In this document: positions 1 to 11,399 of the stretch, piece after piece
Position numbering within the stretch: position 1 is the first letter of the stretch
Layout: each line of letters opens with the position of its first letter
Origin: Vitrella brassicaformis CCMP3155
Taxonomy: Eukaryota > Protista > Chromerida
DNA length: 33,789 nt
NCBI GenBank assembly: GCA_001179505.1
Contig: CDMY01000668.1
Location: 1 to 33,789 of the forward strand
Direction of reading: 5' to 3'
Notes under the pieces: generated by a model
Told to the model about the DNA's origin: nothing
The model's input: the letters and a program-made list of their open reading frames with translations, nothing else
Databases searched by the model: none
Made by a program: the position numbers and the translations under genes

Positions 1-2026
1 TTCCGTATATCATCCCGCGCCCGTCGCGATAGATGATCTTCACCCTCATCCCCGCAGTCACCGACAGGTCGTCCTCGTCCGTCCCCTCCCAATCCCGCCT
101 CATGATCACCTCCTCCCCCTCCTCCTCACCCTCCCTCTCAACACCGCCCACACTGCCCCCCTCCCCCTGAGCTGCTCCACCAACGCCCACCTGCTGTTGG
201 CTTCCCACGACCCCGCCCCCGTCTCTCCCACTGCCGCCCTCTCCCCCGACCCGCTCGCCTCCTGTGCCCTCCTCCAGGAGGAGGCCGCCGATAATGGGGC
301 CCGGCTGCTGCTCGTGCTGGTGTTCTTGCTCAGGCGGCGTTCTTGCTGGGTCGGGCGGTGAGGGGCCGCCGCCAACGCCTCGGTTCTGTGCGGGGGCACC
401 CGACACGCCGCCGTGTGCAGGTGGGGCGGGTGCGGGGTGTGGGGCGGCAGATGGGCTTTCGGCCTGGGGCAGATGCACTCCCCCCTGCAGCACGAAACCG
501 CGCGCCCGGAGTGACTCGGCGGTGATGAGTGGGCCATGCTGCTGTTGGCGTGGGGTGGTGTGCTGCCTGGCAGGGGGGCGGGGAGGACTGGGTGGTGGGT
601 TGGGAGCCGTCGGCACGCCCTCATGCACGAAGGGGTGGCGCAGCGCCTCATCGGCTGATGGATGGATGACACATGCAAGGAGGGGAAGATGTGAGCACCC
701 TTATGTGTGTTGTTTGCGCACATTCTGCTGCTGACCGGTGATGCGATGATACGGATGTTGGGCGAGTAGGCGGTTGATGAGGTCGCAGGCCTCTGAGTCC
801 TGCTGCACTCGCGCATCGATGGCGTAGCCCTGTGAGAGAGGGGGAGGGAGGGGGGGGAGGGAGGGAACACACAGGTAACGATGACGATGCACAGAGTTCG
901 TGTGTGAACCGCTGTCGCTAAGCAATCACCTGTTGGATTATGTTGTAGGCGTCACCGCGGCTCAGTCCGGCGACCTCAAACGGATAACGATTCATCAACA
1001 ACCGATACCTGCACAGCGCACACACACCGCATCACAACAAACAAAGGGCAATAAGGAAGTGCGGTGTTCTCTCCGTCTGTTCGTCGATCTGTCACTCACA
1101 GGATGACGCCTGCGCTCCACATGTCGCTGGCCGGGGAGAAGTGCGAGTCGAGGATCGTCTCCGGGGCCTGAAGGTAAACACGTCAGGCAAGACATGAACC
1201 GAATCGCGTTCTCGCTGTGTGTGGTCGTGAGCTGCTCGCCCACCATATGCGGGAAATGGCCAGGGGGTTCGCGCAGGCGCTCGGCGTCACACACACGCAC
1301 ACACAGGTCGAAGTCAATCAGAACCACACGCGCATTGCCGCTCGCGTCGACCGTGACGATCAGATTGTCCTCTTTGACGTCACGATGCACCAACTGTCAC
1401 ACACGCAGGGACCAAGGCAGCACACTGACATCAGTGCTCGGCGCGTGTGGTCGCCAATTCGCCCACCTGCTTCTCGTGGAGGAATTTGAGCGCCTCGCAG
1501 ATGCCTCGCATGATCGCTTTGATGTGTGCGCGTGGGAGCGGGTGTGTGTAGCTGTAGCTGAAGAGGGTGTCGCCGTCGATCCAGGGCATTACCACGTAGA
1601 TGCTCTGGTCGTCCGCAGAGGCGTAGAGTATCCTTGCGGCATTGTCATTCTGCTCGCCCTCGAGGATGTCACACATGGCGAGCATGCGCTCTGTGGATCT
1701 CTCGCCCACAAACGACCTGAAATGAGTAAATGAGTCAATGAGTGAAAGTGTGTGATGCCTGGTGCGTGACGGCCTGACTGCTCACTCAAACTGGGCTCTG
1801 TGAATCTTCTTGACCGCACAGTGCGTGCCTTGCAGAACGTCGGTCGCTCTGGCCACCTGAGCGAACCTGCAGCCAACCAACCAGATGCACTGCATCATTC
1901 AGTGGTGTCGCTCTCCTTAGTTCATCTATCTGCTTACCCGCCTTGACAGACGGTGTTGCCAACGTCAAATCGCTCGAGCAGCGCTGGGTCGCCCACAACC
2001 ATCGCTTGCGCTGCGGCAGCCGCCAT
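1..2026 (-). CDS. Divergent Ser/Thr protein kinase with Pro/Gly-rich linker and C-terminal SH3-like domain (3' end beyond window)
   Basis: GT-AG spliced exons 2026-1938, 1866-1786, 1716-1467, 1393-1244, 1167-1100, 1008-930, 829-736, 654-<1 join in frame. They give the Gly-loop CQGGFAQV, AVKK (VAIK lysine), HRDVKEDN catalytic loop, DFD (DFG position), HMAPE, DMWSAGVIL and RITADEALRHPF. The last exon stays open to position 1 and ends in VIMRRDWEGTDEDDLSVTAGMRVKIIYRDGRGMIYG, which is SH3-like. Confidence 0.9.
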
Positions 2027-2184
2027 CTGTGTTTGACCTTATGGAGCCTGCGGTCGTCTGCCCTCGTCTCGGATTGCAGAAATCGTCACCTCTTCTGCAA
2101 GCCTGAAAGCTCGCAGGGGAGACCAATACTTCGTCGTTGAGCTGCCGAGAGAGCCACCGTGTGCTGCTGAAGCCCTTCACCGCC

Positions 2185-3662
2185 ATGCCCATCGACCCCA
2201 CCTGGTTCCTCGGCAAGAGGACCGGCGGCGACCCGCCCCCGCTCCCCGAGCTCAGCTCAGGAGTCCCCTCCCTCACCACGCTCAAGATGCGGGAGCTGGA
2301 GAAGGACAGGAGCAAAATGCTCCAGACCATCAAGCACTGTAAGCGAATGCACTCCATGCTCCATCCGTATCCGTGTATGTCTTGTGTCCCCGTCCAGGTA
2401 TGGACAGCTACTACGATGACTATACCAGGATGGACGAAGTGGCGCGCATCCTCCTGCAGAGGACTTCCTTGCAAAGTAGGGCAGTCAAGACAGAGGTGCA
2501 AAGGTCGAGCAAATGCGGACCTGTCTGCCTTTGGCTTGTATGTGACTGCCCAGAGCGACTGAGGGAGGACGTCGCGATCAAGAAAAAGTTGGAAGTGATG
2601 TGAGCGAAAGAGAGAATCAGCAACGTGAGCCTGCCTACGAAATGCACCCAACTACAAAGCTCTGCATGCACAATGTGTCTGTCTGACTGTCCTGCCTGGC
2701 AGAGAGAGCGGCAGGCCGAGATGCAGAAGGAGATTGACGCCCTGCCAGAGGAGGTCAGCAGCGACTTGCACACGGGCACAAGAGAGGGCGACTTGGATGT
2801 GCATGCTTCGACCATGCGCTTCTGTTGCCTTCAAACAGAACAGAAAACTAAAGGAGGCCCTGGATATCTGGGCAGGCGGTCAGGTACGTGACAATTCTCT
2901 CACAGTCTCTTCGTCTCTGTCTGACGGCCCCTATTCACCTTGTGTGTCAGCAAGGAGAGTCGGCGCAGCAGCTGGGCGCGGGCATGCTCATACAGCAGCA
3001 GGGGGGATGGCCGGAGCAGCAACCGACGGGCGAGTCCGCACCCGCACCGCCAGCAGCAGCTGTAGATGGGCAAGACGAGGGGCTTGACAAACCAGAGGGT
3101 CAGGCGATACACAGACAGACAGGCACAGGCACTCCCCCTCACCGCCCCCTTACTCTCTCTGTGTGTCCATTCAGGTGGGGAGGACTTGAATAGCGACGAG
3201 GGCAAGGACGAGGGAGAGGGCATTCCAGACGAGCCCCCCATCACTCCGCCCCCGGCCACGCCGCCAGTTGGTCGGCCACGTCTCCTTACTGCAGCACCTG
3301 CTGCTGTGCACCACGTGCCCATCGGCCCGCCCCCTCCCCTCATCCCCCCTCCCGTCATCGGGCCTCATCCCTGCCACCTCCGCTTCCTCCCGCGGCATAT
3401 CGCCCCACCGCAGCTCAAAACCACTGCCCCTGTCGCGCGGCCTGTGCTCGGCGGCGTTCCCCATCCACTCGTCGGCCCTCCGCTCATCGGGCCTCCTGCC
3501 CACTCGTTGGCGCGCATGGCGCCGCGGCAGGTTTGGCTGCCACCGCCTCCCCAACCACCTGCCCGGGTTCCGCTTGCGCACATGGCGCCGCATCCTGCCA
3601 GGCTTCCCCTGCCGGCGAGAGAGGCGAGGGCGGGCCGGCGCTCCAAATGCTGCGCCAGGTGA
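2185..3662 (+). CDS. Hypothetical multi-exon protein (predicted coiled-coil, acidic segment, Pro-rich tail)
   Basis: ATG at 2185 (MPIDPTWFLGKR...). Successive GT-AG-bounded exons can be joined in frame (MDSYYDDYTRMDEVARILLQ, RLREDVAIKKKLE, RERQAEMQKEIDALPEE, NRKLKEALDIWAGGQ, QGESAQQ..., GEDLNSDEGKDEGEG... Pro-rich) to TGA 3660-3662. One junction and the exact 3' end are uncertain. No family recognised. Confidence 0.65.
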
Positions 3663-4034
3663 GGCGCGCTGGGAGGGGGAGAGGGGCTTGGTGTGTGAAT
3701 GTCAATTGCTGCCGCTGTTGGATGAATGGATGTATGGATGCGATGCACACATGGAGAATGCACGGCGGGTGGGTGGGGGAAGACACAGATTGGATGGCTG
3801 GGCTGAGTGAGTGAGTAAGCTGACTGACCCTACCCGTCCTAGCCTAGCGCGATTTGCGCATTCCCATTTGTGGCTGTAAGTGGTTGGAAGGAGCTCCTAA
3901 CGACTGCCTTTCTGCCTTTCTGCCTGTCTGTCTGGTGAGTAAGTGGTGAGTAAGTGGGGGAGGGATGGTATGGAAGGGGCTTCCCCGGCCCGTCTCAGAC
4001 TTGGCGAGTGCGTGATGTCTATCTGTGATGTGTC

Positions 4035-5088
4035 GGGTGAGCGAGGGAGAAGGGGCGGGAGACGGAGAATGTCACTCCTGCTTTTGCTTACTCTCGGCTT
4101 GGCAATGACACGCACGATAAGGTCTCTCGCATTTTTTGCTTTCGGTCGGAACGCCCTGAGGGAGTGTGGGGAGGGGGTGAGTGGGGTGGGTGAAAGGGTG
4201 GGGCATCGTGTTGTGTTTCTTTCCTCGATTTCTCTCTTCTGCAGTCATCACACACACATTGTGGACACGACCGTGACACTTTGCTGACGAAGGACCTGCA
4301 TTTCGCTCGCTATGGCGGGGAGGGAACACACATGACGACAGCCGATAGATTCGTGAGTGCGTTGATTTCTAGCAAAATACATTTCCATTTGTGATGTGTG
4401 AATGGGTGTGGCTGTGTGTGGCGGGAAGCAGCTGAAGGCCGCCCGCCCGCCCGCCCGCCTGTCTGTCTGCCTGTCTGGTGGTGGCCAGCCTGAACCTGGG
4501 TCGTGGGGGATGGGAAGAGCTTCGGTGAAGTTGCATCCGTGTGGTTGTATGAGGTGCAGTGATGAGCAGGCGGAGTGAAGGCAATGGGTGAGTGAGATAG
4601 AAGGGCAAGCCACAGTGAGAATCGGCTGCTTCTGCTTCGGACGATTGACTGCCTTGCCCAACAGTCAGTTTCTCGGTTTCTCGTTTTGAGGGAATGGGCT
4701 GAGTGATGGGGGCCGGGAGGGGTGATTAGGTCACGGGCAGGTCATCTGTTTTGTTGGGTGAGTGAGGGAGAAGGGGCGGGGAGACGGAGAATGGCACTCC
4801 TGCTTTGGCTAACCTCTCGATTTGGCCCGCACTCAATCAGTTTCTCGCATCTTTGGCTTTCGGTGGGAATGGGTGGGGGAGGGTGGGGAGGGAATGAGTG
4901 AGTGGGTGAAGGGCTGGGGCATCATCTTGCGTTTCTTTCCTCGATTGCTCGCTTTTTCAATCATCACACACACACATAGATGGCACACACGGGCGAAGGC
5001 CACACGTTTCGCTTGGTGAGCCGAGGAGGGGACACACATGACGACAGCTGATAGATTTGTGTGTGCGTCTATTCTGGCAGAACAATTG
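4035..5088. repeat. Degenerate direct repeat pair (~340 bp; ~4035-4380 and ~4756-5088)
   Basis: Shared blocks in the same order: gggtgagYgagggagaaggggcggg..agacggagaatgKcactcctgcttt; gggcatc..tgYgtttctttcctcgatt; tcatcacacacaca; acacacatgacgacagcYgatagatt. Confidence 0.85.
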
Positions 5089-5228
5089 ACTACCTTTGCT
5101 TGTCACTGACATCAACCCCAAGGCGCCTGCAGGTACGCCACACCCAGACCAACACCCATGGGCATGTGCTATCCCCTTCTTCTTTCTCTCTTTCCTTCCT
5201 GCAGGGCGTATATCACCATCTCGTCAAG

Positions 5229-7603
5229 ATGCAGCTCACCTATAGGTCAGAATGCACACATCACGTCAACACAGTGCCACTAGCGGTCAGTATCATGCCT
5301 TCCCTCCCCGTGTGCATGTGTTTGCCAGGGTGCACAAGCGGTCCGACCGACTGATTCGTCGTCTAGCGGCGGGAAGAGCCGGATGACCCCCTAATGCCGC
5401 CCCCCTTGTCGCCCCACTCTTTCAGGCGCGTCCACACCCTTGACGCCCCCGGCCGCCCCATCCAGCGTCGGCCACTCTTCGTCGACTGTTCCTCGTCAGC
5501 CACTCACCCATCAACGTGTCCGATGATGACACCGACTGCGACGGCACTGAGTCATTCGGCTCCCTTTCGGGCCCCATCAAGCAGAGGGAGGCCTTCTGTG
5601 AGGGGGCAAAGGACGACTTCCAGTCCCAGCCACCAGCGTCACCAGCCGACGACCCTCAGCTGATCTCCTTCACATCGAGTGTCACAGCCTCTCATCTCTC
5701 TCTATGGCTCGCCATTGCGGCCTCAAGCAGTCGGGCGCCAACTCTTTCGCAAAGCGCAAGGTCATCGGCGTCCGCGGCGCTCTGCGGCTACACGCGCTGT
5801 CCCATTTGCTTGACGACCGAGTCCTTGCGTCGCCTTGTGGGCATTGCCAAAGACGGTGGCGCAGAACACGGTCCAGATCGACCGCTTCCTGGCGACCTTT
5901 CGGCGAGCAGTGGGGGAGAAGGGGCTCGTCGATGAGGCTGGAGAGAGGCGGCTGCGTGATTGGGGGAAGAGGAACGAGGGGATGGATCTGCCGCTGTTGA
6001 CCTGGACGGACATCGGCCAACAGGTGAGTGAAGGCACAGAGAGAGAGAGAGAGAGAGCCGACACACCTCCATCTGCAGACGCTGCTTGCTATCCTCACGC
6101 AGGGGCTGGATGATGCCTCCTCCCATTTGCAGCTGTATCGTGTGGCTGTCGCCCTCGCCGACCCCACTAGGCCTGTGTGTGTGCTTGGTCCAAGGCAGTT
6201 GGCAAGGTCGAGGGGTCTGCTGATGTATGACGCTAAGAAAGGCACACTGGAGAAGCGCCACGGCAGCTGAAAACAATGCAGGTCGGCAGAGGAGGAAGGC
6301 AGAGGACCAAGGAAGAACCAGCTTAGCCCACTCATTTGTTGTGTCTCTTTCAGGTCCGTGTGCCCGTGTGCATGTGACGTTCGTCCCCTGCCCGCCCCGC
6401 GGCCCTCTCCTGTGTGACGGACGCCTCCCCTTCCACGCCGCTCAATCATCTGTGGCTGCTCGACACGACATCCGCACGGCCACATGGACACAAATGACCA
6501 CTTCAGCCACGCCCCCGGTTCGAGACCGACACGCCATCTGTCCGGTCGGCAGCTACAACAGCGGCCAGAACGAGGATGTCCTGAGAGGGGGAGTTGGAAG
6601 CGACGGGCGGGTGCTGGGCGACGTGTGGCGGCTAAGGGTGGACGGGACCCAGGCAGCATGGGAGGAGATCGCCACGTCTGCCGATGATTGTGGCGGCCCG
6701 GGAGCTGTCCACTCCCACATATCGGCATGAGTCCACCAGCCGCATCCTTCTGTCTGGAGGTGTCGATGGGTATCAGTCCATCCGGCGGTGCCGTGAGCCC
6801 TTCCCACCTGCACACCCTACCGGCCCTCGACCTTGCCACACACACGTAGGCGCATACGCCGACACAGGCAGGTGCCGACCAGGGCACGGGCAGCTACCTA
6901 GTGGTCGGTTCAGCCACTGCTCGACAGTGATGACAAGTGGCGATGTGATTGTGGTGGGTGGGAGCGGTGGACACTCGATTCTCAATTACCTGCGGCTCTG
7001 CAAGGTGCAGTGCGCGGGACATTGTGGCTGTACTGCGACACTCTGGTACCGACGAGCGAGACAAGGGCAACTCAAAACAACACCGTTCACTCCATGGTTC
7101 TTATCCTTGCCTGTCGTGTGTTGTGTCCGTCGTGTGTTGGTCAGGACCCGTTGGTGTGCATTGCTGCATTGTGGTGTGCGTCTGGTTGGCCAATGCCCTC
7201 CCACTGCAGCACGGCTGACATGCAAATTCAGGTCAGCACAGCACACTGACACACGCGAGTGCATTCATTCCACCTTCACGTGTGTGTGTGTGTCCATCTG
7301 CCTGTCTCTTCAGGCGCACCCACACTCGTACCGCCCACCGCCGACGGCTGCTCAGCTGTTGCGAGATCGGCCTGCCACTCCCGGTCCACCCATATGCCTC
7401 AAGGACAGCCACAAGTCTTCACGAGCCTCACACGCCGACAACAGAAGAGGAGAAGAGAGCCACGCACCGCAGCGGAAGCCTCCGAACTCGTCGAGCGCAC
7501 CAAGCTGCCTGGCTCGCGTGAAGACCCTCAACCTGCTGGATCTGCGCTTGCTGAGACATTCACCGCATTTGATAGCGCGATGACGGGCGTGTGGCGTGCT
7601 TGA
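5229..7603 (+). pseudogene. Kelch-repeat protein gene, apparently decayed (frameshifts)
   Basis: Kelch-type motifs PPVRDRHAICPVG..GGVGSDGRVLGDVWRL, PGAVHSHISA/HESTSRILLSGGVDG and PSGRFSHCSTVMTSGDVIVVGGSGG, with GT-AG introns. The second repeat needs a frame change at ~6725-6730 (TCG GCA TGA versus CAT GAG TCC). The 5' region also switches frame. Boundaries are approximate. Confidence 0.65.
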
Positions 7604-7689
7604 GGGCTGCCTCTCCGTCTGTCCGCTCTATCGGCCCCATCCAACCGACGCCCGATGCATCCCACAGCACAAGCAGCCCCCTCCATGAG

Positions 7690-8360
7690 AGGGAAGTTGA
7701 CGATGGATGGCTGGGAAGGCCTGCGGGTCGACCAGCCAGCCGATGTCAGCAAGAGCGATGAGCGACGGCATGATCTTGGGTGGAAGCGACGAGGGGCATG
7801 CCAAGATGGGCAACATGTGGCTGGCCAATAGTGCGCTCTGGTACGGACGGGTGGGCGAGAAATGGACGACTCCAAGTAACACCGTGCCTTCAATGTCATG
7901 TGTTGTGTCTGCCATGTGTTGCGTGTTCAGGAAGGGTCGGCGCCCAGTTCTTCACCGTGATGTGAATGTGGGTGGCCAATGCGCCATCCTGCTGCAACGC
8001 ACCTTCAGGTCAGCATAGCACACCGACACACGCGGACGCATCCATCCCACCTGTGTGTGTGTGTTGCATTTGTCCCTCTCCCTCCCTCTCCAGGTAACCC
8101 CCACACCTTTGACGGCCCCCGCCGCCCCCTCCCATCTACTTTCTGTGGCGCGACGTCGGCCTGTCAGTCCTGTCCCCCTACATGCCCCACAAGGACTGCC
8201 ACAAGTCTTCACGAGCCGTTGAACATGGGCGGACATCCTCAGGAGTGCGGTCCGCTGCAGCAGTGCAGTGCAGGGCGTGGCGGGCATGACGTGGCGTCAC
8301 GGCAGTGGTCCACCAGCAGCCAAGCATGTGCCGTCGCGCTGGGTCGAGGCGGCCTGAGCT
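7690..8360 (+). pseudogene. Second degenerate remnant of the Kelch gene 3' part
   Basis: MILGGSDEGHAKMGNMWL is Kelch-like. 7970-8217 aligns with 7184-7427, including the intron (ttcag|gtcagcaYagcacacYgacacacgcg...cag) and the block aaggacWgccacaagtcttcacgagcc. No intact ORF. Confidence 0.5.
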
Positions 8361-8766
8361 GATCGTGGCCGGCATTCAAGCAGCTGGGGGTCATCCTATG
8401 TGCCTGCAGAAGAGTTCGCCATCGACTGCTGTTCGGTCTGGGATCCATATGTGAGGGCTTGGTGATGCTGGCGTGGGGGGCAGACAAGACAGACAGACAA
8501 GACAGACAGACATGATGGATGGATGGAGAGGGTCTGACAGGGTGGTGGGGCGGAGGTGTGGCGTGTGCATGTTGAATGGCCACTGACGCTATCCACAGAC
8601 TCAGTTCCCTGGTGTGTGTCAGTGGACTGCATGATCGTGGATCAAAATTGCGACATGCACGCATGAAGGTCCATCCATCCATCCACGCACACACGGAAAT
8701 CGGTCTGTCATGTCTGTGCAAAGCTATGTCTTCCGCTGCTGCTGCCACAGTGGCTGCTCCCCTCAC

Positions 8767-11084
8767 TCATGCCGACTTCACCTACAGAGCACACACGCAT
8801 CTATTTAGTCAGAAATCAATCCCTCGATTCATCGACGTGTCTCTGCCTTCCCCTCGGTACCTCACCTGGTAGACGGCGATCTCCTTTGCGGTGAAGTACC
8901 AGTCTCCCGCCAGTGTGCCGCTGTCGCCGCTGAACCGGCCGAGGTAGCCGTTGTCGGGCAAGTCCTCCGTCTTGACGAAATGCCCCATGCTGCGCACGTC
9001 GTCTGACGGGCCGGGGCTGGCCAAGGCAAACCACAGATACCCGTGGCCAATGTTCATCTGCACACAGACATGCGAATTGACCCACAGATGACTGTGGCTG
9101 TTCTCGTTCGCCCCTCATCAACCCACCTTGCCGCGGATATCCTCATTGGTGGATTGGATGGAGGCGTCGCGGCCGGCGACCTGCACCTTCTGTTTGGCCT
9201 TGGGGATGGGCACCTTGGTGACTTTGCCGTAGGCTCCGCTGATCGAGATGAAGAAGTGGGGCGCGGGGTATTCATTGGTCTGTGTGGGGTCGGTGGCCGG
9301 CTTGAGTTGGCCGTCCACAAAGGCGCCGAATCGGTGTGTGTCATTGTTGTTGACGAGGAACAGCAGACCGCTCGCATCGCCCACCTTGTCCAGCAGCTTG
9401 CCGAAGTCACCACCGTCACGCGTCGAACTGACAGAGAGCAAAGAGAACGGGGTGGGAGGGACACTGCGAGAGATCAGATGCTCATCTCTGCTTACCTGTA
9501 GAGGAGTTTGATCGAGGGGCTGGGTATCTTGGTCATGGCCAGCACCTCACGCGTCTCCTCGAAGGTGAGCAGTGGGGCCGGGGGCCGATAGATGTCCTCC
9601 ATCTTGAGGCCATACATCTCAACATCCTTCTGCACACACACACAGGTTGAGTGCATGGCCGCCTTGATGAAGTCATGTGTGGACGGATCAGCCATACCTT
9701 CAGCTGAGCGATATACTTGGGCTTGGCTGTGGGCTTCTTGACCACGGCACCGGGCCGCTTCTCGAGTGAAGTGGTTCGCTGGCGGCGGGCAAAATCCACC
9801 ACCTGAATGGCAGCCAGAAGGACTTGCAATATGACCTTCTCTCTCTCTCTCTCTCTCTCTCCCCTCTTGTGTGTGCGTCGTGGTTGTGTGTCACCTTTGT
9901 GAAGTGCTCAACGGATGTCTGCCGGATCGGTACGTCGCCCTGCACAATCTCACCGCTGCACACCACACACACAAGAGAGGAATGAACACAATGCACCCCT
10001 CAAATCGAAGTCTGTATGGTGCTTGGTGCATTCCCACCTGAATCGTTTGTAGAGGAGGTTGTCGGGGCCGAGCTGCGATAGCGTCGCCTCGGTGGTCGAC
10101 ACCTTCTTGCGCAGGACGGCTACGGTCTTCACCTCGTGGGCGCCGCCGTCCTCTGCTCGGAGAAAGGACCCCATCGCCCTCCCGAATCCCTCCAAATGTA
10201 CTACCGCCTTCTCCAGCACCGCCACCGCATCGTTGTAGCTATCCAAGTACTCACGCAGCCGACTGCCGGCAGTCTCCTCCCCGCTGCTACCTCCTGCCCC
10301 CTCTCCATCGCCCCCCTCGCCGTCGCCGCCCTTCTTGTTGCCCTCCGCCGCCTCTCTGTCGTCTATATCTGTGTCGTCTGATCGCACGTCGATCTCGAGC
10401 GATGTCGGGGTGAGGAACAGCTCGTGGTAGAAGGCGAACGAAGGGTCCTCCTTCTGTGTGTCGTCCAGCTCGATCTCGTGCTCCTCAGCTGAGGAGTCAG
10501 CACACTCAACCAAAGCTATCTCGTCAGACAACCTGAAGAGCGCCAAGGAGAGCAAAGGCAAAGCGCAATGAACACAACCCAATCAGACGTGCATTCCCTT
10601 TTCATTCGACCTACCACTTGATATGGTTGAAGTCAGCGTCGACGAAGGGCCGGCCCTCCTCATCGCGGGGCAGGGCGTCCACGCAGTACAGCAGCAGATG
10701 GGCGAACTAGGTGCGGCGGAGCTGATCCATCAACAGCCCCTTGCGCGACACACCCACCACCCGGCCGCCCACATTGACCTCCACCTCCCCCTCGATGCCG
10801 CCCGTCAGCTCCAACTTGCCGCCTGTGCTCTCAATCAGCTGTTTGATGGCCTCGGCTTTGCTCTGCAGCTGCTGACGGGCACTCCTGGCGGCATTCTCGA
10901 TGGCGAGGAGGGCGGCGCTGGCTGCGGCGATGGCCTTGTCGAGTGACTGACGGCCGATCTGAGGCGTGGGACGGTGGCGCTGAGCATCCGATGGCTGGCC
11001 AGCTGCGTCAACAGCATCACCGTTAATCGCCTTCCGCTTCTTCGAGCTGCCTGTTGCTGCTGCCACAGCGGCGGCTGCCGACAT
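8767..11084 (-). pseudogene. Tandem BTB/POZ (KCTD-type) + TLDc protein, copy A, with in-frame nonsense codon
   Basis: BTB1 VEVNVGGRVVGVSRKGLL...PRDEEGRPFVD; BTB2 VSTTEATLSQLG..LLYKRF..HFTKVVDFARR..LKKDVEMYGL; TLDc KLLYSSTRDGGDFGKLLDKVG..LLFLV..HRFGAFVDG..AKEIAVYQ. Terminal mini-exon VKSA* at 8781-8767. TAG at 10709-10707, where copy B has TAC (Tyr). Confidence 0.85.
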
Positions 11085-11399
11085 GGCCAGCTCGCGGGAT
11101 GAATCAACGGGGCACGGTGACAGCAATGCGTCTCAAGTTGGAAAACGACGCCGCAATGAATCGAAAACGCTAACCAAAATGCGAGCTTGAATGCAACAGT
11201 AGGATTCACGGCAGGCGAATCTTTTTGCCCTGCAGATTCACCGAGACCGTCGAAACTCGAGCAGCTGATCTTGCAGCATTGCTGAGCTTGGATCAGCGTG
11301 CCCGTCACTCTGCAGCTCATGCTTGAAGGAGCGCCGAGCCCTCATCCAGCTTGTGAAGCATCGCGCAAGCCACTTTACGCATCATCAGGGCGAACGGCC

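Noticed and set aside
5682-6887. 401-aa minus-strand ORF (and similar long ORFs such as 31787-32734 +, 18239-19187 +)
   Set aside because: Antisense shadows of GC-rich coding exons with no recognisable motifs. The opposite strand carries the motif-bearing spliced genes.
9815-9895. Apparent polypurine (GA)n acceptor in a BTB-TLDc intron
   Set aside because: A better pyrimidine-rich acceptor (ccttctggctgccattcag) lies just downstream, is conserved in both copies and gives HFTK|VVDFARR.
10707-10709. In-frame TAG at a Tyr position, while the gene models here end in TGA: possible TAG reassignment or readthrough
   Set aside because: It is the only in-frame TAG seen across thousands of spliced codons, is one substitution from the paralog's TAC, and TGA bias is expected at high GC. 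A nonsense mutation is simpler.
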